64,000 bases of DNA from an uncultured Ignavibacteria bacterium (GTDB taxonomy: Bacteria; Bacteroidota; Ignavibacteria; Ch128b): assembly GCA_937944105.1 (NCBI GenBank), contig CALDZP010000033.1:2034-66033 (forward strand), given 5' to 3'. Positions 42,114 through 50,931 of this stretch are shown piece after piece. Position 1 is the first letter of the stretch. Each line of letters opens with the position of its first letter. The translations under genes and the position numbers were made by a program. The notes under the pieces are model-generated. The model worked only from the letters and a program-made list of their open reading frames with translations. It did no database searches and was not told the DNA's origin.

Positions 42114-42613
42114 CCAGAAAAATTTTTATTTACTCAGGTGAAATTAAGAGTGGCAAAACAACAAATCTCTTTCGTTGGTTCGTAAATCAACAAAATGTTT
42201 CTGGAATTCTTCAACCAGTTATTGAGGACAAAAGATATTTTTATTCCATTGTAGATAAGGAATTAATTCAACTGGAAATATCCAGAGAACAAGCTGCCAA
42301 ATTAAATGAAGAAGAAATTGAAAAAATTGGTAATTACATTTTTTTGAAAAATGGTTTTGAGAAAGCAAAAGATATCCTTTATCGTGATTTTGTAAGTAAT
42401 TACAATTGGCTCATAATTGATGAAATAGGACCACTGGAATTAAATAATTCTGGACTTGAACCAATTGTCACAAAAATTATTAATGAAAGGGATAATTTTA
42501 ATGGAAATATTTTGTGTGTGGTGCGGGATAAATTATTTAAACAATTTATTGAATTTTATAAAATCTACAACGAATTTGAAATTTTCGACAGAAGTTTTTT
42601 AAATCCGAAGTAG
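42110..42613 (+). CDS. Small P-loop NTPase, THEP1/NTPase_1-like
   Basis: Walker A GEIKSGKTT and Walker B LIIDEIGPLEL. 167 aa. ATG overlaps the upstream stop (ATGA). Confidence 0.55.
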   Translation: MTRKIFIYSGEIKSGKTTNLFRWFVNQQNVSGILQPVIEDKRYFYSIVDKELIQLEISREQAAKLNEEEIEKIGNYIFLKNGFEKAKDILYRDFVSNYNWLIIDEIGPLELNNSGLEPIVTKIINERDNFNGNILCVVRDKLFKQFIEFYKIYNEFEIFDRSFLNPK

Positions 42614-42787
42614 AACATTTTTTGTTTTTGATAAAATTTGAATAATAATTTTCATCTCTCCTTAGATTAATTTTCTACAAATAAATTCCTGCTAGTAATA
42701 ATTGATGGTAATACCAATTCAATTTTCTTAATGAGGAAAAAATATTTTAGAAATATCAAAAATATCAATTTGGGTCAAAATATTACA

Positions 42788-42819
42788 TTTGACAATTTTG
42801 TTTTAATTATTTAGATTTG
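42788..42819 (+). promoter_or_regulatory. Candidate promoter for the 42853-43889 operon
   Basis: TTGACA-17 nt-TAGATT. The same region also fits a Bacteroidetes-type TTTG-N20-TAgaTTTG pattern. Lies 34 nt upstream of the ATG. Confidence 0.45.
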
Positions 42820-42852
42820 GTCTAAATAAGAATAAAATAGAAAGGTAATTTT

Positions 42853-43635
42853 ATGAAAAAAATTTCAATTTTTATTGTTTTTTTTATGTTCTTTAGTTCA
42901 ATGGTCTTAAAAGCTGACAGAAGGTATTTTGCCCGTTCTTATACCTCGTATACATTACCAGCTAAAGCTCTCGAGCTGGAGATATGGAATACTGGAAAAT
43001 TTGGTAAAGATGCTGGCTATTATTATCGCTGGCAACCAAGAATTGAATTCGAATACGGCGTAACTGATCGTTTCACAACATCAATCTATTTCAATTTTGA
43101 TGAAGTTCGTTCTAAAGGTAATTCTTATCAAACAAAATCACTTTCATTTACAGCAACATCTTTAGAACTTAGATATAGACTATTTGAAATTGGCGAATTT
43201 TTCATTGATCCTACTCTTTATAGTGAAATTTATTTTGGTGGTGATAAAATTAAATATGAACCCAAAATATTTTTAACAAAAAGAATTCAAAATCTAATTG
43301 GTGTAATTAATATAAATTCTGAAATTGAAAAATATGTGCCAGATAATAAAATTGTTTCGAAATTTGAATTAACAGGTGGACTTGCTTATGAGATTAACAC
43401 AAATTTTGCAGTTGGTGTGGAATTAAGGAACCATATAAATTATGCAGACATTTATGATTTGAAAAAGAATCAGGCGTTTTTTGTAGGACCAACTATAAAT
43501 ATCCAGACAGAAAAATTTTATTTTACGATTAATTTTCTTACACAAGTAAATGGTACACCGCAAGGTAATAAAAATTTAGATTTAGTTGATCACGAAATGT
43601 ATGAATTAAGAACAATTCTTGGCATTGAATTATGA
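42853..43635 (+). CDS. Secreted hypothetical protein, possible outer-membrane beta-barrel
   Basis: Signal peptide. Alternating hydrophobic/aromatic beta-strand-like pattern with a C-terminal aromatic-rich end. Confidence 0.45.
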   Translation: MKKISIFIVFFMFFSSMVLKADRRYFARSYTSYTLPAKALELEIWNTGKFGKDAGYYYRWQPRIEFEYGVTDRFTTSIYFNFDEVRSKGNSYQTKSLSFTATSLELRYRLFEIGEFFIDPTLYSEIYFGGDKIKYEPKIFLTKRIQNLIGVININSEIEKYVPDNKIVSKFELTGGLAYEINTNFAVGVELRNHINYADIYDLKKNQAFFVGPTINIQTEKFYFTINFLTQVNGTPQGNKNLDLVDHEMYELRTILGIEL

Positions 43636-43889
43636 AATATTTTTCACTTTTAATTATCTTTTTTTTAATTGCTGGTTGTTCTAAGCATACAATTCAAACA
43701 TCCAATACAAAATTTCCTGCAGGGCAAAAACTCTATCTTTCAAAATGCGGTGGTTGTCATAGAACTTATGACAGGCTTGAATATTCACCTGAAGAGTGGG
43801 ATAGTATCCTTGTAACAATGAGATCAAAAGCAAAAATTACAGATGAACAGGAAAAGGAAATTTTGTTTTTCTTAAAAGAAAGAGATTAG
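43632..43889 (+). CDS. Monoheme c-type cytochrome-like lipoprotein (CxxCH)
   Basis: Lipobox LIAGCS and the CGGCH heme-attachment motif. 85 aa. ATGA overlap with the upstream gene. Confidence 0.6.
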   Translation: MKYFSLLIIFFLIAGCSKHTIQTSNTKFPAGQKLYLSKCGGCHRTYDRLEYSPEEWDSILVTMRSKAKITDEQEKEILFFLKERD

Positions 43890-43896
43890 TTTTTGT

Positions 43897-43947
43897 GCTG
43901 TCTGATGAATGGGCGATCATTCTAATCAGGCAGCTCTAATTTTTTTA
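43897..43947 (+). terminator. Strong rho-independent terminator
   Basis: GCTGTCTGATGAATG...CATTCTAATCAGGCAGC (about 15-bp interrupted stem) followed by TCTAATTTTTTTAAT. Confidence 0.85.
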
Positions 43948-44270
43948 ATAATTTGAATATGAAATGAAATTACGCAGTAATCTTTAAAATTTAGATTAAT
44001 TTGAATTAAAATTAAATTTGAAATTGGATATGCAAATTTTTGAAAATTTTTTAGAGTATGTTAGTTGATATTGGAGTTTATAAAGATTAACCTAATACGT
44101 TAATTAATTTTATATCAAGAGATTGATTTTTCTTCTAAATAATATTGAATGATTAAGAGAATTTTATAGAAATGACTGAAAAATTAATTTTCTGATGATT
44201 AAAAGTTGTTTTCAAGTTGAGTGTATTAATTCTTAAATTAATAAATAATAAAATAATGAATGGAGTTAAT

Positions 44271-44594
44271 ATGATTTTCCAAAAAAATTTTTTAATTATT
44301 CTGTTTCTTCTTTTTATGTTTGCTTTTAATTCGGTTGCTCAGGAAAAAGACAATAAAAATTACAAAATAGATGGAAAAAGTAAGTACAATACGGAAACGA
44401 AAATCGAAACAAAAAAAATCTGGAATGCATTTTGTCCTGTGATGGGAGAGCCAGTTGATCCAGAAGTTCAAACAGTAGAATACAATGGCAAAGTTATTGG
44501 GTTTTGTTGTAAAAGTTGTATTAAAAAATTTAATAAAGATCCTGAAAAGTATTTAAAAAATCTCAGCGAAGATGGACAAAAATTCATCAAATAA
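44271..44594 (+). CDS. YHS-domain metal-binding protein, secreted
   Basis: Start at ATG 44271 (GGAG RBS). Signal peptide. CPVMGEPVD...FCCKSCIKKFNKDPEKY is a YHS motif. Confidence 0.6.
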   Translation: MIFQKNFLIILFLLFMFAFNSVAQEKDNKNYKIDGKSKYNTETKIETKKIWNAFCPVMGEPVDPEVQTVEYNGKVIGFCCKSCIKKFNKDPEKYLKNLSEDGQKFIK

Positions 44595-44611
44595 TTGAAA
44601 GGCAAATTAAA

Positions 44612-44845
44612 ATGACGACAATTCTTTTTACTATCGATGGAATGACGTGTCATCATTGTGTAGTGGCAATTACCAACGCATTGAAATCTTTAGGAATAAA
44701 CAATTATAGTGTAGAAATTGGAAGTGCATCCGTCACTTTTGATGAGAATGAACTGGATATAGAAACAATAAAAGCTGCTATTGAAGAAGAAGGTTATAAA
44801 GTTGTAAGTATTGAACCAGAATTTGATGAACCGGACGAGTTTTGA
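44612..44845 (+). CDS. copZ: Heavy-metal-associated (HMA) copper chaperone CopZ-like
   Basis: MTCHHC metal-binding motif. 77 aa, ferredoxin-like fold length. Confidence 0.8.
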   Translation: MTTILFTIDGMTCHHCVVAITNALKSLGINNYSVEIGSASVTFDENELDIETIKAAIEEEGYKVVSIEPEFDEPDEF

Positions 44846-44869
44846 TTTTCGATTTATGGTAAAAATTTT

Positions 44870-45637
44870 ATGCGTATAGGCTTAGTTCAATATAACCCTG
44901 AGTGGGAAAATAAATCAGTCAATCAAGAAAAAATTCAAAATTTAATTAATTCAGTTTCTACAAAAATTGATCTGCTTATCTTTCCTGAGATGACTCTCAC
45001 AGGTTACACAATGAATACAAAATTAGGTGAACCATTTAATTTAAATGAGAGTCAAACATTGCAATTTTTCTCCCAGTTGAGTCTTCAGTGCGAAGTTATT
45101 TCTGTTGGTGGTTTTATTGAGAAAGAAAATGATAAAATTTTTAATACTTTATTTGTTGTGGATAAGAGTGGCAAAATTATTTCACGATATCGAAAAATAC
45201 ATCTATTCAGTTTTGCTGAGGAAGAAAAATATTATGAAAGTGGTAATGAACCTGTTGTAGTTGAGGTTGATAGTATTAAAATTGGTCTTTCAATTTGCTA
45301 TGACTTGAGATTTCCAGAGCTTTTTAGATTTTATGCAAAGGAGAAGGTTGAATTGATAATAAATATTGCCAATTGGCCAGAGTCACGAATTGATCATTAT
45401 GTTCATTTATTAAAAGCAAGAGCTATTGAAAATCAATGTTTTATGGTTGGTGTAAATCGGGTTGGGTATGTTAAAAAAGATTATTACAATGGTAGAAGCT
45501 CGATTTTTGATCCAATGGGAAATGAAATTGTTTCACTTGTTAATGAAGAAAAATTAATTGTTGCTGAAATTGATTTCCAAAAAGTAAGGGAAGTAAGAAA
45601 CAAATTTCCTTTCTTAAATGACATTAAGTTAATTTAA
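44870..45637 (+). CDS. Carbon-nitrogen hydrolase (nitrilase superfamily) protein
   Basis: Catalytic triad context: FPE, RKIHLF and the Cys in GLSICYD. Confidence 0.8.
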   Translation: MRIGLVQYNPEWENKSVNQEKIQNLINSVSTKIDLLIFPEMTLTGYTMNTKLGEPFNLNESQTLQFFSQLSLQCEVISVGGFIEKENDKIFNTLFVVDKSGKIISRYRKIHLFSFAEEEKYYESGNEPVVVEVDSIKIGLSICYDLRFPELFRFYAKEKVELIINIANWPESRIDHYVHLLKARAIENQCFMVGVNRVGYVKKDYYNGRSSIFDPMGNEIVSLVNEEKLIVAEIDFQKVREVRNKFPFLNDIKLI

Positions 45638-45670
45638 TTCTGGATAAATTTAATCTTAAGGTTTTAAAAC

Positions 45671-46333
45671 TTACTCTTCTTCAAATTTAATTCTGAATTG
45701 TTTTACATAAGGAAGCAAAAATCTTTGAAAAATTTTATAATCGATAATTCGATAATGAGGCTTATAATTTTTTTTATATGACTCAGAGTGACTAAAAACG
45801 AATTTATTAATCCGGAAAGCATTTTGAATTTTTGTTTTGTCCTCTCTAAAATTTTTAATCTTTAAATTATTAGCTTCTAATTTCTCAACGATTGCAGTCC
45901 AATCTTTTTTCCATTCAAAATAATCTGAAGAATCGTGTTTAATGGAACTTTCGAGAAATGCAGAAAAAAATAAGTTTAAAGGTAAAATCTGATCTTTTAT
46001 TAGACTCAGGTCTACACGAACAAATTTTTTTTCAGGAAGAAGTATTTCAATCAATCGAGTTTGATTTTTTTTATAATTCTGAATTTCCTCACTTTTCAAT
46101 TCATCTTTCAAAAAATTTAGAGTAAGGAGGGAATCACTAATTAAATGTTCTGGTCCAAATCGTCCTTGAAAAAAATATTTGTAAATATCTATAAGAGTTG
46201 ATTCTGGATATCTCTGTAATAGTTTTATTGTTTGTTCAAGATAAATATCGTAATCGATTTTACGAGATTCTATGTTCCCCTGTGCAAATGTGAAAACGAA
46301 TTGTGAAAATATGACAACAAAAACACGGATCAT
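45671..46333 (-). CDS. Hypothetical secreted protein
   Basis: 220 aa with signal peptide. Start overlaps the stop of the upstream peptidase gene by 4 nt. Confidence 0.45.
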   Translation of the reverse strand: MIRVFVVIFSQFVFTFAQGNIESRKIDYDIYLEQTIKLLQRYPESTLIDIYKYFFQGRFGPEHLISDSLLTLNFLKDELKSEEIQNYKKNQTRLIEILLPEKKFVRVDLSLIKDQILPLNLFFSAFLESSIKHDSSDYFEWKKDWTAIVEKLEANNLKIKNFREDKTKIQNAFRINKFVFSHSESYKKNYKPHYRIIDYKIFQRFLLPYVKQFRIKFEEE

Positions 46334-48297
46334 TTAATTAAAACTAATTTTTTAGTTGCTTTATAAGATTTAGTGCTCAATGTATAAAAATAAACACCAC
46401 TTGATAAGTCATGAGCATCAAGTGAAATTGAATGTGCACCAGGAGAAAACTCCTTGCTTGCAAGTGTTTTTATTTCGTTACCTGTAATTGAAAATAATTT
46501 GATTATAACAAATTCTTTTTGTGGTATCGAGAATTGTATTGTTGTCTGATTATTAAAAGGATTCGGATAGTTCTGGAATAACTCATACTTAAGATTCAAA
46601 TTTTGGTCAAAAACTGCAAGGGAAATATCTCTCGTGGCTTGTTTAATAATATAGTTTTGGGGATCAAATATTAGATTTACTACTGAATCTTTGAAAGCGA
46701 AAGTGAATGATTGTTCCCTTTGTGTGTTCCAGATTTTAACTGTTGTATCTGAATTGGCGAATTGTATTTTGAGTTCAATGGGCATTTTATAAACTGAATA
46801 GTGATTTTGAGTTTGTTTTATGAAAAATGTTAGGTTATAATTTTGGTTCGAGCTGTTGACTTTCCAGTTGTAAACATAAACAGGATGATTGGGTTGATAT
46901 ATCCATTGATCGAAAAAATAAGAAAAATCTTCTCCAGTAGTTTGATTGATAACATTTTTAAAGTCATTTGTTGTTGCAGTCGAGTAAAGAAATTGATTTC
47001 TATAATTAATTAGCGATTGAAAAAATAGTGAATCACCCAATACATATCTTAACATATTTAATACTAGAGCACCTTTGTAATAAGAAATAGCAGCATTAAA
47101 AAGTTGTGGTGGATTATAAATTGGATAACCTGGATTATAATTGTAATAATAATTTGCTCTTGAATTCATGCTACTGAAATAAGCCGATTTACCCTGGGTG
47201 TATTCTTTATAAAGATCTTCGGAAAAAGTTGCAAAGCCTTCATTAAGCCAGATGTCTTTCCAGGTTTCACATGTAACAAGATCACCCCACCATTGATGAG
47301 CTAATTCATGTGCTAATCCACTTTGGCTATCATTTACCAGCCAGCTTCTGTGAATTGTTGAAATGGATTGATGTTCCATTCCACCAAAACTAAAAGGATA
47401 AACAACCCCATGTCCATATTTATCAAATGGATATTTCCCATAATATGTTTCAAAGCATTCCATCATTAAACCGATATTTCTCATTACATAAACACTTCGG
47501 ACAGAATCAGCTGACCATTGATAATTTTGTATTTCAAATGTCTCGTAAGGTGGATATTTGCTTGTGTAAGTTTGAACAAATTTTGAATACTTTGACGCAC
47601 AGGTAGCAATTAAATATGTAGTGATGGGATGTCTTTCAAACCAGACAAAAATTGTTGAATCACCGATAGTTTGAATTGATTCTAAAATTCCATTGCCTGT
47701 TGCCGTATAACCAGCTGGAACAATTATTCTCAATCGAATTGAATCAGCTTTGTTGGATGGATCATCATAGCACGGAAACCAATATCTGGCATCTGATGGT
47801 TCAGTCATTGTATAGGCAATGTTTTCAAGAGTTTGTTGTGATTTAGCATAAAAGTAAAATCCAAGATTATCGGTGCGTGTTCTTCTGAAATAAATCTCTA
47901 AATCAATTACTTCGTTTTGGTTATATGTTCTATCCAGGCTGATTGTAAGAACACCATTTGAATTATTGAAATTAAGTGGTGAATTATTTTTTATTACACT
48001 ATCAATTGTTAAATAAGAATTGAGGTAAATTTGGTTGGTACTAATTAGTGTATCTACACGAGCAACAATCCTTACCTTTCCAGAATAAGTCTTATTAGAA
48101 TTTTTTAGTACATTATACCAATTAACATTAATGTCATAATAAAGAATGTCGAAATCGTGCTGGATAGTTTGATTTTGTTCAATCTTACGAAGTCCTATAT
48201 CCTTCTTGCATTCAAAAAAGAGTTCTGTATCAACTGATTGACTGTAAATGGTATTATAAACAATATTGATTAACAAGATTAAAAAAGTTTTTCTCAT
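46330..48297 (-). CDS. M1-family zinc aminopeptidase with T9SS C-terminal sorting domain
   Basis: HELAHQWWG (HExxH) followed by WLNEGFA. C-terminal roughly 80-aa T9SS CTD (NYPNPFN...GVYFY). Signal peptide. Confidence 0.8.
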   Translation of the reverse strand: MRKTFLILLINIVYNTIYSQSVDTELFFECKKDIGLRKIEQNQTIQHDFDILYYDINVNWYNVLKNSNKTYSGKVRIVARVDTLISTNQIYLNSYLTIDSVIKNNSPLNFNNSNGVLTISLDRTYNQNEVIDLEIYFRRTRTDNLGFYFYAKSQQTLENIAYTMTEPSDARYWFPCYDDPSNKADSIRLRIIVPAGYTATGNGILESIQTIGDSTIFVWFERHPITTYLIATCASKYSKFVQTYTSKYPPYETFEIQNYQWSADSVRSVYVMRNIGLMMECFETYYGKYPFDKYGHGVVYPFSFGGMEHQSISTIHRSWLVNDSQSGLAHELAHQWWGDLVTCETWKDIWLNEGFATFSEDLYKEYTQGKSAYFSSMNSRANYYYNYNPGYPIYNPPQLFNAAISYYKGALVLNMLRYVLGDSLFFQSLINYRNQFLYSTATTNDFKNVINQTTGEDFSYFFDQWIYQPNHPVYVYNWKVNSSNQNYNLTFFIKQTQNHYSVYKMPIELKIQFANSDTTVKIWNTQREQSFTFAFKDSVVNLIFDPQNYIIKQATRDISLAVFDQNLNLKYELFQNYPNPFNNQTTIQFSIPQKEFVIIKLFSITGNEIKTLASKEFSPGAHSISLDAHDLSSGVYFYTLSTKSYKATKKLVLIK

Positions 48298-48563
48298 TTT
48301 ATCACCGATTAGATTTATTTGTATCTGTTATTATTTTTCAAATATAACAATAGAAAATAAAGAAGTGGAGTATGCATATTTAAAAGAATTTAATGATTTG
48401 GTTTAATTTTTTTTATGAAATGCCTCTAGATTATTTTTGACATTTATAATGATCAATGAAAATTGAAATTGATTTGATAAAATTTGTGTGGGATGAATAA
48501 ATAATTTTATAGTAACTAAAATTATTTTAATGAAGGTGAAATTATTTATTTGAAAATGCTTTT

Positions 48564-50783
48564 TTATTTATCAAGAGGGATAGTAAATGTTACGGTTGTA
48601 CCTTTTCCTTTTTGACTTACGATTGAAATGTTCCCTTTATTCACTTCAATGTATTTTTTTGTGAGAATTAGACCCAGACCTGAACCTTCGGTTTTTCTTA
48701 TAAATTCGGAGTCTTCTCTTGCAAATTGAGTGAATAATTTTTTCTGGAATTCTTCTGACATTCCGATGCCTTCGTCTTTAATTGTACACCAAGCAAAATC
48801 TTCATCTTTATCGAGACTAATGGTTATTTTTCCTTTTTCACTATACTTGATTGCATTATTAATAATATTTGTCAGTATTCCATTTAGAGAATATTGATCG
48901 GCTTTTACAATTATATCTTCTTCTGGTAATATATATTCAATTTTCAGATTTTTCTTTTTGGCAATCATTTTGAGTAATTCAACGACAGTTTTTATTTCTT
49001 TATTAAAATTAACTGATTTAATCTGAAATTTGAATGTCCCTGATTCCAATCTCGAAAAATCAATTAATTGTGAAATTGTATGAAGTAAATTTTGAGCTGA
49101 ATTTTGAAGTATTTCAAAATAATTTCTTACTTCAGGGTCTGATTTATCATAAAAATAGTCTTTAATAACTTCACTAAAACCAAGTATGGCATTAATTGGA
49201 GTTCGAATTTCATGCGACATTGAAGCGAAGAAAATTGTTTTTTGTCTATTAGCCTGTTCAGCAGCCTCTTTTGCCTTTGCAAGTTCGAAAAGAATTTTCT
49301 TTTGTTCAGTTATGTTTCTTGCAACGCATAAAATTAGTTTTTTATTTTCAATAACAATTGGGTGCGTTGAGACTTCTATGTAAAGCTTTTCTCGATTTCG
49401 ATTAAAAATTACAATTTCATCTGGACCTGTGGGGCGGGTTTTTAGTGCTTTATAAAAAACCTTTGCAGCTTTGAAAAAATTTTTTCTATCAAATAAATCC
49501 ATCTCGAAAAAAGTCTTGCCCATAACTTCTTCTTTAGTCCATCCAACTAATCGTTCGCTTGCTTTATTGGCTTCGACTATTTTGCCTTCATAATCGCAAA
49601 CAAAAATTGGATCAGGTGCTTCTTCAAAGAGGATTTTTAATCTTTCTGCATCATATTTTATTTTGTTAAAAAGCTCTTTTTCTTTGGTGATATCAGTAGC
49701 AACACCAATTAGAGCAATGATTTTCTGGTTCTCATCGAGAACAGGTGAAGTAGATAAACGAATTAAAAAATCCTCACCATTTTTTCTTCTATTCCATATC
49801 TCACCCTGCCAACCTCCTTTGATTGTTGCTGGGTTAATTTGTTTAGTAAGTTCCGGATCATTTTTGTCTGATCTCACAAATAAAATAGATTTTCCAATTA
49901 ATTCATTTTTTTCATACCCGTAAACTTCACAAAATTTTTTATTTACATATAACAAAATATCATCTAAATCGGTAATAGATACACATTCATTCACACTTTC
50001 AAGGGCATTTGCAAGTAACTCAATCTCTCTTTCAATTTCTTTTTTCTCAGTAATATCTCTGACTACCGCAAGTAGATAGTAATTTTCTCCCATTTTAAAT
50101 CTATTCAGTCTTACTTCAGCAAAGAAAGATATCCCATCAAGTCTGGTATGAACCCATTCAAATGCCAGACTCTCTCCATTAAGAGCTCTCTCGATTAATT
50201 CCAGTACTTTTTCTCTTGAGGTTCTTCCATCTGGTTGAAATTCGGGAGAAAATTTGTAAGGTGGCTGTCCAATTATTTCTTCTTTACTGCATCTAAATAA
50301 TTTTAATGTTGCAGGGTTACAATCTATAAATATATCTTTATCCATTAAAAATATTGCATCTGAGGCAGATTCAAATAATGTTTTATATTTTTCTTCAGAA
50401 GCTATAAATTTTTCAATTGTTGAGTTAGAATTTGTAATATCCAATGCAAGACCAAAAACGCCTACAATTTCATTGTTCGAATTAAAAATCGGGTGCAAAT
50501 AAGAATGATAAACTCTATCTTTCCATTTGAAATGATAGTCTGTACATATTCCCTGTAAAGTTAGAATATGTTTTGCTACAGGTTCATAGGATTTATCATT
50601 AGTTTGAAAAAAGTCAAATAGGGATGAGCCAACAATTTGATTTTTTGTTAATCCTAAATTTTTTAATCCTCCACCAAAAGATGAAGTAAAAATTAATTCT
50701 TTATCAACCGTCCAGAAAATAACTGGAATTTGCTCAAAGAGAGCTTCATAAAAATTTATATCATATGGTATTTTAATATCCAA
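48564..50783 (-). CDS. Multi-PAS sensor histidine kinase
   Basis: About four PAS/PAC repeats, HisKA (SHEIRTP) and HATPase_c (GSGLGL). TTG start. No receiver domain. Confidence 0.85.
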   Translation of the reverse strand: MDIKIPYDINFYEALFEQIPVIFWTVDKELIFTSSFGGGLKNLGLTKNQIVGSSLFDFFQTNDKSYEPVAKHILTLQGICTDYHFKWKDRVYHSYLHPIFNSNNEIVGVFGLALDITNSNSTIEKFIASEEKYKTLFESASDAIFLMDKDIFIDCNPATLKLFRCSKEEIIGQPPYKFSPEFQPDGRTSREKVLELIERALNGESLAFEWVHTRLDGISFFAEVRLNRFKMGENYYLLAVVRDITEKKEIEREIELLANALESVNECVSITDLDDILLYVNKKFCEVYGYEKNELIGKSILFVRSDKNDPELTKQINPATIKGGWQGEIWNRRKNGEDFLIRLSTSPVLDENQKIIALIGVATDITKEKELFNKIKYDAERLKILFEEAPDPIFVCDYEGKIVEANKASERLVGWTKEEVMGKTFFEMDLFDRKNFFKAAKVFYKALKTRPTGPDEIVIFNRNREKLYIEVSTHPIVIENKKLILCVARNITEQKKILFELAKAKEAAEQANRQKTIFFASMSHEIRTPINAILGFSEVIKDYFYDKSDPEVRNYFEILQNSAQNLLHTISQLIDFSRLESGTFKFQIKSVNFNKEIKTVVELLKMIAKKKNLKIEYILPEEDIIVKADQYSLNGILTNIINNAIKYSEKGKITISLDKDEDFAWCTIKDEGIGMSEEFQKKLFTQFAREDSEFIRKTEGSGLGLILTKKYIEVNKGNISIVSQKGKGTTVTFTIPLDK

Positions 50784-50931
50784 TTTAATTCCTTGTTTTC
50801 TAAAATAAATTTGATATATATCGGACTAAATGTCAAGTAGAAGAACAAATTTTCTGATAAACTATTAGAGGGGAAATAATTGAAAATAAAAGTTTAATTT
50901 TGATTAAATAAAAAAAATGATTGAGGTCAAA

